Assembly (NCBI GenBank): GCA_043228905.1
Contig: JBHGNT010000009.1
Coordinates: forward strand, 2,356,001-2,420,000
Direction of reading: 5' to 3'
DNA length: 64,000 nt
Origin: Azolla caroliniana
Lineage: Eukaryota > Plantae > Polypodiophyta
The notes beneath the pieces are model-generated. The model was not told the DNA's origin and ran no database searches. It saw only the letters and a list, made by a program, of their open reading frames with translations. This document shows positions 36,408 through 47,069 of this stretch, piece by piece (the first letter of the stretch is position 1; each line of letters starts with the position of its first letter). A program made the position numbers and the translations under genes.

Positions 36408-39400
36408 TTATTCCCCGCCCGTCGGTTCTTCTTCGGTTTTGGATCCTTCGTCGTCCCGGTCCAGGTTATCTGGATCCGGCTCGTCGTCGTGACGCTTCTT
36501 GAACGCTTTGATCTGCTTCCCAGCTACCGGTATCGCCATTCTCGTGCCGTCGAGCTCCACCAGATGGTATGTCCCGTTGTCGTTGGCGCTTTGTACCACG
36601 TAAGGCCCGAACCACCTTCTTGCGAAATTCCGTGTTGCTCGGTGCTGGTTGTTGAGGCTGCTATCGTAGACTAGCACCCAGTCGCCTTCCTCGATCTTCT
36701 TCAGTCGGAGCCGGTGCGTTCGGTCGAACCGGGCTTTGTTCCTCATCCTTGCCACCCGAAGCTTTTCCGTAGCTCGCTCTACGTCCTCCGGTCTTCGCTC
36801 GAGCTGTCGTATGCGCGCCGTCAACAGTTCCTCCCGGCTCATCTCGTATCTCCAGTCCACGGTTGCCCATGAGGAGATCATACGTTCCATCGGCATGACC
36901 GGCTTCTGCCCAAACATGAGCTCTGCCGGCATGAATCCGGTTACCGAACTATGCGTAGTCCGGTCAGCCCATAACGCGTAAGGCAACAGCCGCGGCCAGC
37001 TCCCGACTTGACCTCCGCATGCCCGAACTAACGCCTTGACGATTGGTCCGTGTTCGCGCTCCACCTTCCCATTCGCCTCCGGATTGTACGCAGTGGTAAG
37101 CGAGAGCTTGACTCCTAGCCGGTCGAACAGCTCCTCGGCCTCTTCGGCGTCCAACTCCCCACGATCAACCACGATCCTCCCGACGCACCCGTACCGGCAT
37201 ATCACGTCCTCAATCAGGAACCGACATATGGCCGTGGTCGTTTTGTTCTGAAGGGCTCGACCTTCCACCTGGTTCGTCAGATCTTCCCGAGCCAGGACTA
37301 GATACCGCATCTGTCCTACTCCCATCGGCATCGTCACCAGGTCTACCATCCATTTGAAGTGGATGGTCGGAGGGTACGTAGGGTGAAGCTCGTCCCGGTG
37401 TCGGACTATGGAGTGCATCTGACAGCTCTCGCAAGTTGTCACGAACCGATGCACGTCCCGGTACAGTCCTGGCCACCAATACTTCCCCTTTATCTTCTCG
37501 AACGTGGCCAACGTTCCACGGTGTCCGGCCCAAGGGCTGTCGTGGTAGGTCGTTAGCAGCTCCTCCTGTTCTTCCTTCATCGCCACCACCCGGAGCGGGA
37601 CGCCGTTCCTCTTCTTCGGGTGCTTCCATAAGTATCCGTCCCTGAGAAAGAATCGGTAAGCTTTCTTCCGGATCCGGTTGGCCTCGTCCTTCGTCCACGA
37701 CGCATCCGGCGTCATCGTCCTCAAAAATCCACCGATCTGGAGCAACTCGCCGTCGTACTTGCTCTCGTCGACGTCGTTAAGTGCCGGAGCGCTCATCCCA
37801 TCGGTCGTCACGTACGCTGCCTCGAAGAAGTCCACGCCGACTTCTTCGTCCTCCGAAACCATGCCGCCCTCGTCATCAAACCTCGCCCTCGAAAGCATGT
37901 CGGCCATGGCGTTGTCCTTTCCGGAAATGTGCCGTATTTCCGGGTCCAGGGACTTGATGTACGCTATCCACCTGAGCATCGCCAGGTCCGGTGTCGCGCA
38001 TCCAGAAACCATGCCGAGAATTGGCAGGCAATCCGTCTCGATAATCACTTCTGTCCCGATCAGGTAGTCTTTGTCGGCCTTTACTGCTGAAACGATACCC
38101 CAGAGTTCGCGTTTAACCTAGGCGTACCCTCGCTGTCGCTCGCTGAGGACCTTCGCGCCGAATCGGATCGGGAACCGAATGTCGTCCTCGTCTTCTTGGT
38201 TGACGACCCATCCGATCCAGGTCGGACTCGTATCCACCGTTATGTATACCGGGGTACCCTTCTCGTAGACAGCCTTCCGGAGCGCCGGTGCTGCCGCAAG
38301 AGCTTCCTTCAGCTTCCGGACCGACTCCGTGTGCTCGTCTCGCCACTCGAATTTTCGCCCTTTCTTCAACAACCCATATAGCGGCTCCTCAACGTGGGCG
38401 TAATGCGGGATCCATATGTGGTAGAACGCGCATGCCCCAGGAACCTCCGAACTTCCGTAACCGAGCTACAGTCGGTCTTCATCGCGGAGATGGCTTCTAC
38501 CTTTGCCGGAGACGGCTTCCGGCCATATGGTCCACATAGGTGTCCGACCACCAGGATTTCCGATTGCCCGAAGGCCGATTTCTCCTCGGAGAAGGTGAGC
38601 CTCGCATCCTCTAGCCTTTGTAGCACCTTCTCGCGGTCGTCGATGTGTGTCGCCACGAATCGCCGGCATTCGTCCGGCCCGACTGTCTCGTCCTTCTCTT
38701 CCACCGGGCACCCCTTGATCGGGATGTCGTCTAGAAACGGCATGGTGATGTCTGGGATGCAATCCCTCAGTACCTTGTTCATTGCATTCACCATGTGGGC
38801 TACCGAGTTGGTCCCTCCTTGTGGCAGGGTACACATTCGCACCAGGCCGAGGGGAGTTCGCATCGTCGTAATGTCTCTACTCTCCACGGCTAGCTGGAAC
38901 TGGTCGTACCCTGAGTACAGATCACCGACCGAGTAAATCAACCTTCCGGCGAAGGCCTCTGCGAACTCTTCTATGGTCGGTCCGATTCCTGCGTTCCGAA
39001 TGGTCACTCTGTTGACCGGCTGCAGGTCCTGAATGAAGCGCAATGTTCCGTTTTTCTTTGGTACGGTAAACCATTGGTTCAAGTATGGGGCACTCAACGG
39101 TTCGAGAATGCCCATATCGACTTTTTGCCTCAATAGCTCCATCAACTTCGGGATGTGAGCTCTCGGTACTGGAATCGGCTTGAGATTCCACGACACATGT
39201 GGTACCGTGAATATCACCATCGGCTCCACAATCGTCGGGTCTACGCACCCGATCTCTTCGGGCGAAAACGCGAAGGCTTTCCCGTACCTTCCGAGCATTC
39301 TCCGAAACCGGTCTTCCTTCGCCGGCAGTAGGAACCCGCCCCCACCGATCTTGAGCTCCCAGAGCGTCCCGTCGGTGAAGGTGTGTCCTATGCAGGCCGA

Positions 39401-39907
39401 ATCTCGTAAACTGGGGTCCGACGCAACCCCTTTGATTCGGGACTTGCTGCCCTCCGGTAAGGGTGCCGCGACGGGCCTTACCTTCCGGTCCACAGTCTTG
39501 TACTTCGTGCTAACTCGGGCCGTCCGATCCGACCCGAGCCCCTGACTGAAGTTCGCGATGACTTTGTACATCTCTTCGGAACATACCGGTATCGTCCGGT
39601 CTTCGTTAAGGTCTTCTCCGGCTACCTCCCCCAGCATTCCCAAGGTGTCGTCGAATTAGACCGCCTCCACGGCTCCGCTGATTTCCTCGTCCGGGCCGAG
39701 AACTCTGCACGCTCGAAGTTGCACTTCCGCCCTTGTCTTTTCTCGGCCGACGATGCCGACTATCATACACCCTCCGTTGTTGGAGAAGCAGAATTTCGTA
39801 CCTATCGTACAGGGTTCCTTGGCTTTCGGTCCTATCGTACAGTCGTGGGGTCTTTCCCGAGTGTCCGGGTTGTCTCGGCCCCATGCCTTGGCAGCCGTCT
39901 CTAAAAA
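36408..39907 (-). pseudogene. pol: RT-RH-IN of element E (a few stops and frameshifts)
   Basis: ORFs 38366-39643, 38118-38372 and 36408-38048. Confidence 0.92.
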
Positions 39908-42008
39908 TCCTCTCGATTCTCGCCACCGAGGGATTCGCGGTTTCTCTCATGGTTCGGATGCACCATCAGAAATTGAACCGAATGGCGCCCGTCCTGGCTT
40001 GACCCTCGCGTAGGCTGAACCGTTGTCTAGCACCTTGGTCTCCATTCGCGCCGCCGTGATGTATGGTTCCCCTAATATGACCGGGTGCGAGGACGTCTCC
40101 TGTACGAAGAAGTGTTGGTCAATCTCGACGTCGCCGATCTTGACTCGCACGTTCGGGCAGGCCCCGTGCAGTTCCTCGGTGGCGCGCATCGCCACCCGTA
40201 TCTTCCACCCGTGCTTGGTGTTGATCGGCCACTTTCCCTTCTTATAGAAGTCCATGGACATCAGGTTTATTTCCGAACCGTGGTCCACCAATGCCACCAC
40301 CAGTTCCTGAACATCTCCGATCTTTACCGGGGTCTCCGTGGTCGATCGGGCCCAGTGCGGCCTTGAATAGTGGCTCTCCGCCCACTCATCTTCCAGCGCC
40401 ATGTCGTCGATGTGCGTCGTCCGCATCTCCACCGGTCTTTCCGGTTCCGTCTCCATCGACAGCCTCTTCCGTTTCACCAGGTCCACAATGGAGTCGTGGA
40501 ACTCCTTCTTTGCGATCCCTAGCACCTCTCGCAATGACAGCTCCACTTTGCTGTCGAGGATCCGTTCTTCTAGGACCTTTCGTAGGTCCGTAGTCCTTTC
40601 TATTTCCGTCCCCAGTCGGTATCCGCCCTTCCTGGGGTTATCTTGCACGTTGGACCCACCGTCATCGTTCCGTCGTTGCCCGAATCGGGTCTCGTACCGT
40701 TGTGAGGGCCCGGCCGCTCCGGCTTTTCCCACTCGTTTGTCTTCTACCAAAGCCTCGTAGTTCTGGCAGGCGGCTTCTACGAAGCCCGTCTTCTCCTCAA
40801 CCGGATCGCTCCACCCGGTTATTTCCCGGACCCGTTTCATCTTTCCTTAGCCGTGCGCCGGCAAGGCCTTCTAGCATTGCCGACCAGAACTCGTCCTTGC
40901 TCTCCTTTCGGGCCTCGTTGCCCCCGACCCGAATACCGGCCGACGCCAGGTAGTGGATGGCCTCCACGTGTCGGGCCGCTGCCTCTTCCATCAGTCTCTT
41001 CATACCTCCTCGCACGTTGTTTCAGTTTAGGGCCCTTCTGGTGTCGCCGGCGTGCACCCGGCCTTCCCACAGGTACACCACCCGGTTCCTCAACGCTTCT
41101 GCGAAATCGCCGCAGTCCTTCCGGAGGTGGCCGACCTCGTCGCACCACATGCGCCTGTTCCCTGCTACCGGCCGTCGGTCACGAGCCGGTTCGCCGCCTT
41201 CCCTTCGAGTCTGGGCGATCTGGAGATCCTTTATCGCTCGTGTCAACTCCTCCAGCGCTGCTCCTCCGGATGAGCCATTGACCATGCCGGTCAAAGCCGA
41301 ACCGGTTTCGAGCCACTCCCGGGCCTCTTCCCTTCGCCCTTGCGGCGCCGGTTCAAGCCTCCTTGCTGTGACAAAGCCCGCACCGGCTGCCCCGTCATCA
41401 GCCCATTCTCGCCGTTTGTCGAAACGGCCACAGACTCTCTTAACCGCAGCCCAGTCGGTCGTCAGTCCGTCTTTGGTTTCCAGCAAGGAGCCGACTTGAT
41501 CCCGGTCTCGCTCGTCCACCGACTTGACGAACAGTAGGACCCGGCTCGTATCCAGAACGGTACGGTCAAGCGCTGAAAGGTGCGCAAAGCGTTCGTCAAC
41601 CTCCCGGAGGAGTGCGGACGCGTTTCTTCCCTTGCCGGGGGACTCCACCCATTCCATGAAGTCTCGTTTCGAAAGCCGGAGCGCGTCGTCCAGCCCGTAT
41701 TTTTCTAGGAGTCGACCTTCAAACTCCTCCCAGGTACGGCTCTCCGCCCGCACCTCGAGCACCTCCGCATGGATGCTCGGCATCGCCACTCGAGGGAACC
41801 CGGCAAGACGCCTCTCTTCCGGAATGTCCCGCATCAGCATTTCTGCCCCGTAGGATGCCAAATACTTCGTGGCATCCTTTCCGCTGAACCGGCCGATCGT
41901 ACTGACGACCGCCTCAATGGCTTTGTCGAGGGCGTCGGTGCCCTCGCGTGCACTCAATATCCGATCCACGGCCGAAGCCATGGTCTCTGCAAGATCCGAA
42001 CCCTTCAT
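39901..42008 (-). pseudogene. gag: gag-PR of element E (frameshifted)
   Basis: ATG at 42008. GRFSGKDATKYL, degenerate knuckle, ALVDHGSEIN, ends GGATTTTTAG. Confidence 0.88.
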
Positions 42009-43132
42009 CTTCTGCTCTTCTGCTGCCTCCTTCACGTTGGGTTCACCAAGATGTCGAGGTATCCCTCGCGGATGCGTGGAATGAGGCGGGACCTCGGGGG
42101 TCCTGTACCGAAGAGCAAGAGAGAAAAGGAGAGGGGAAGAGACCCACAAGGTGCGAGTGTAGATTCACAGGGACACGGCCCTTCGACACAGAGACGCGAG
42201 TGCGACAACGACACAGAGAGACACGAATGTATGTAGAAATATATATAAACAAGACAAACAACAAGCACGAAGTTGGTTAGAACCGAACAGGCCGACGAAC
42301 AGATGTCGATGCCTGTTCGTAAACGTACAGAAAGGAAGAAGTAGGTTGGAGGTGCTGCCGGAAGCACTCGGGCATTCCTCAGAGCAGCGCGAGCCTCCCG
42401 AAACCTGCACAGAAAGAAGCTATGGAGTTTGGAAGAGAGAGAAGCCTTCGGCCCACAATCCGACAACACTTCGTCCTCCCTTCCTTCACGATCCCCCCTC
42501 CCCTTCTTGTCTCCCTCCTTTTATAGGCAAGGAAGGAGCCGTTTCCTATTAACTTCCTACCTACCGAGGATCTTCTATGTACAACATAAGGTGCACGTGT
42601 ATGAAGAGCCGGCTCCTACGCTCCGGTGCACCGATTCCGCTTGTGGACGGTTTTCTTCACGACACCGTTTTATTCGTGATCGTCGAGACATTGATTTCTG
42701 CCAACAGAGTTTCCGCGTTCAGGTGCAGCTCTGTTTCTGCGACTTTCAAAAATCCCTGTAACTTATTGCGAATGAGCTAGCGGCGCAAGTTGTCAGATAC
42801 GACAATCAGCATGTTGTCGTCATCGATGAACAGATCTTCACTCAGTGAGGGCTGTGAGAACTATTGTGGGCTATGGCGAAAAAAATCAGAAAACTTGTTG
42901 GCTCGAATGTGTTTCTGCTTTTGTGGTGACACAATCATTATAGAAATAAGTTTTAAGAGATGAATCTTTTGCATGATGCGTAGGGAATAAAAGTATTATT
43001 AATGTTATGATGAGTAAGCGTACTAGTGGAGTGATGGCTAGAAATAGTAATAATGACTAATAGAAATACGTCTCCACCACTTTTACTTATAGTCTTTTGA
43101 AATTACTCCAAGAATCTCTTTGTGAGAGTTAG

Positions 43133-45262
43133 TTATGATTTGTCAAGAAAATATTCCATAATTAGTTTTTTTTTTTTTTTTTTTTGTTCATCCTTGAATG
43201 GGTTTTTCGGCATATGTCCACGATATGGTTTAAGCCGGAAACCATTGACCCATTTCGGTAAAATATCACCTAATAGGGTTCCGAGTTGATACGTACCATT
43301 TTTACAATTCACGATCCAAACTAGTCCTGTCCATCTATACCGAAGTTTTCCTGGCATCGCCCCCATCTTAGTTTGGAAAACCAGTACCGGTTTTCCGATT
43401 CCGAATTGCGATTCTGTTTTCCGTCGGTGTCGATTTACACATGCCTTGGTTTGCCTTTGCTTGTGCTCAAAAGCTGTCATAGCTTGTAGTCAGTCTTCTT
43501 CTAACAGTAATAAAGATTCCTTCCAAAATTGCTCCGACTGTAGTTCATTTAATTTTTTAGTTGCTTGTATTCGGAGTGTCGGAATCTGGAATTCGATTGG
43601 CATCACTGCTTCCAATCCAAAAGCCATTGGGAAGGGTGTTGATTTGATAGATGTTTTGTACGACGTGCGATATGCCCATAAAGCACTCTGTAATTTTTTA
43701 TCCCAGTCCGTACGATTCTCATTTACTATCTTTTTGAGTATTGTCTGCAGGGTTTTGTTTGTCGACTCCGCCAATCCATTCGCTTGTGGATAGTAAGGAG
43801 TGCTTTTCTTATGAACCACTGCATAGTAGGTAGACAATTCATGAACAAGTTTGTTAATGAAATGCATACCTTGATCGCTCACTAATTCTATTGGGCAACC
43901 GAATCGACACCATATACTTTCGTACAAAATTTTTGTTGTTGAAGCTGCCATATTATCCCTAAGAGCTTTAGCTTCTACCCACTTTGTACAATAGTCAGTA
44001 GCCACTATAATATATCTATTGCTTGTTCTTATTGCTGCCAGTTTGAAAGGGCCTACAAAATCCAACCCCCATTTCTGGAAAGGTTCAAGAGGTAACACCG
44101 GTTGAAACGGCATTTGGTCCCTTTCAGTTGGTTGTCCCATACGCTAGCATAAATCACATTTCCGACAATATTCGACCGTATCCTTCATCACTGTAGGCCA
44201 CCATAACCCATTGTTCCATATTTTTCTTGTTGTGGTTTCCCCAGAATAGTGACCTCCTGCAAATCCACAGTGTGATTCCCGAAGGATGACCGATTTCTCG
44301 AATTGTCGTATTGTTCGTCTCCAAATACCATCTGCTCCTTTATGATACAGAGTATCATTCAAAAGACAAAAATTACGACTTCTTACCGCTAGCCTTTTTC
44401 TTTCGCCTGTCGATAGATGTTCCGGTGGCAACCCCGTTGTAAGAAAGATTGTCATTTCTGAAATCCAACCATCCTCACTTTCTTCATTTACATGTTGTGC
44501 ATTTACAGCTTCCACTCGAAAAAGCTGACCATCTGGAAAATCATCCTTGACTCCTGTGCCTTCTTCTCCTGTCTCCAGTCGACTGAGATAATCGGCCACT
44601 GCATGCTGTACTCTTGGCCGATGTAAAATGTCGAATTCGAATTCTTGGAGCAGAAGAGTCCATCTTGCTAACTTGCTAGTTAACTCTTGTTTCGAGACCA
44701 AATAAAGGAGAGCGGAATGATCATTCCTAAAAGATAGTGTCGGAATTTATTGACACTATAGATCATTCCTAAAGCTTCTCTCTCAGTGGTAGAGTAATTT
44801 CTTTCTGCTGTCAAAAGTTTTCGACTGGCATAGTAAACTGGCCTGTACCAATTCGGTTTGGTTAACTGCATTAATACACTTCCGATTGCGATGTCCGATG
44901 CGTCGACAAAAACATGGAAAGGCTTATTCCAATAAGGTGGTTGAACGACTAGAACTTTGGACAACATTTTCCTCAACCAATCATAGGCATCCTGTTCGAC
45001 ACTTGTACATTGAAAAGGAACTTTGTGTATTGTTGTATGTAAGGGAATGGCGATATCCGCAAGATATCTTATCATTCGGTTGTGCCACCGAATCTGCCCC
45101 AAAAAACGACTGAGGGCTTTAGAATTTGTGGGTGCCGGTGCTTCGAGTATGGCTTTAACCTTGTCGGGGTCCACTGCAATTCCTTCTTGACTGACAATAT
45201 GGCCTAATAATGTGCCACTAGTGACCCCGACTGCACATTTAGCCGGATTTAAACTAAGTCGT
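43133..45262 (-). pseudogene. pol: RT end, RNase H and IN of element H
   Basis: ORFs at 44680, 44144, 43490 and 43133. Confidence 0.9.
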
Positions 45263-46751
45263 TGTCGTGATGTTTTTTGTCCATGGTGAGAAAACCGAGC
45301 GGGATAGAGAAAATGGAGATGTGCAACATTGCACATGAACTTAGGGAAATTGTAACATAGGGACAAATAAGCAAATGTAAAGTGTAAGGAGTTAAGGTGC
45401 TCTACAAAGTTGTTAAGTGTAATTGTGATGTGCACTTTGTGGACTAGAGGGAGGTACATAGAGAATGAGTGTAAGAGTGATGGGCATTGAGTAGGACTGC
45501 TAGAGGAGAGAGAGTTAAGGCCCATCAATCTCGAGATCGGGGCAAATATTCTCCTTTGAATGAAAAGGGGAATTGACCACTCCTATTGTATTGTGCCTCA
45601 CCCCTTACCACTATAAAATGGAGTGAGGGGTCCCTTTTGAAGGGGTTGCCTATTTTGTGTATGGGAGGTATACCACTTAGTCTAGGGTTCTTACCGTTTT
45701 AGGGTTAGGGTTTCGTTTAGGGTTTCCTTATTCATCTTCGGTTAGGGTTTTCTCATAGTCGTTTCGTGCAGCCCATGCGGCCACCATTGTTGTAATCATT
45801 CATTTGTTTTAATATAACTTGTTGAGCATCTTGCCTCAGCCGATTTCTCCTTCTATATCATGGTCTTATTCTTTCCTCTTCTCCTCTTGAGCTAAGCTTC
45901 CAAATTATATCTTATTCTTTCTCCTCTACTCCCTAGTCCGAGACCACCGTGGTCCCGCCCCTTCTACACTCACGCGCATAACAACGCGACATATTTTGGT
46001 GCACCTGACGTGAACAGGCGGTAGAGGAATAGAAAGATGAGAGAGTCGGATCTTGCAGAAGCCATGGCTTCGGCTGTGGATCAGATAGTGAGTTCGCGCA
46101 AAGGCACAAGCGCCCTCGATAGGGCTATTGAAGCAGTCGTCGACACGATAGGCCGGTTCGGTGGGAAGGACACCACGAGCTATTTGGAGGCTTACTGAGC
46201 CGAAATAGTGATGAGAGACATCCCGGAGGACAGGCGATTGGCCGGATTCCCTCGGGTGGCGGTGTCGGGCATCCACGCGGAGGTGCTTGAGGTACGGGCT
46301 AAGAGTCGGACCTGTGAAGAGTTTGAAGGTAGCTCCTTGAAAAGTACGGGCTTGATGACGCGCTTTGACTATCGAAGCGGGACTTCATGGAATGGGTGGA
46401 GACCCCCGAAAAGGGGAGAAACGCGTCGGTGCTCCTTCGGGAGTTTGAAGAACGTTTCGCACGGCTTTCAGCGCTGGACCAGACCGTACTGGACACAAGT
46501 CGTGTCCTATTGTTCGTTGAATCGGTGGACGCAAGGGACCGGGAGCAAGTGGGCTTCCTGCTGGAGACTGATGACAGCCTAACAACCGACTGGGCCGTGG
46601 TGAAGAGAGTTTGCAGCTGTCAGGAACTCTATTAAGGCAGAGAAGGATTTAGTACTAAAAGAAGGATTAGTACTATTGTTGGGGAATAGTACTAAGACAG
46701 AGAAGGATTAGTACTATGAGAGGTGTCGAACTTTTGAGAGAAGGAATGAGT

Positions 46752-46787
<36 letters not shown>

Positions 46788-47013
46788 TGATGCGAAAGAT
46801 ATATGTATTATATGAAGGAAGATATACAACAGTAGTTAGAAGGCTTAAGACTGGCGTTGAACCGATTTGGTTCGAACTAATGCCTTGCGCCTCCTTTTAT
46901 AGTGTCTTCAGGAATACTCCTGAAGTTTCTAGAATGTTCCAGAGAAATCTGGAATATACATCAATTTCCCAATAAAACCTAAATGAAAATAATATCCTTC
47001 AAATAACAATTCA

Positions 47014-47066
47014 TAACCTAATGGTAAAGTCTCGACCCGTGTAACAAAAGGTTATGGGTTCGAGTC
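47014..47066 (+). promoter_or_regulatory. tRNA-type A box/B box at the U3 tip of chromovirus LTRs (also 52323-52375, 15146-15198, 19332-19384)
   Basis: TAACCTAATGG/TAGTCTAATGG...GGTTCGAGTC, starts 43 nt apart. Confidence 0.7.
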
Positions 47067-47069
47067 TAG

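Larger units (their letters stand above)
35722..42664 (-). mobile_element. Element E: full-length Phygy-like gypsy, 613-bp LTRs (35722-36334, 42052-42664), TSD CCGT
   Basis: CCGT|TGTCGAGG...CACGACA|CCGT. PBS and PPT present. LTRs differ at roughly 15-20 sites by eye. Confidence 0.96.

Noticed and set aside
35633-36674. ORFs of 168-191 aa in E's LTR (repeated at 42032-42761)
   Set aside because: LTR sequence with low-complexity translations. The duplication simply reflects the two LTRs.
44680-45528. 282-aa ORF with a novel hydrophobic N-terminus fused to RT/RNase H
   Set aside because: The N-terminus is antisense read-through from F's LTR across the insertion junction at 45263.
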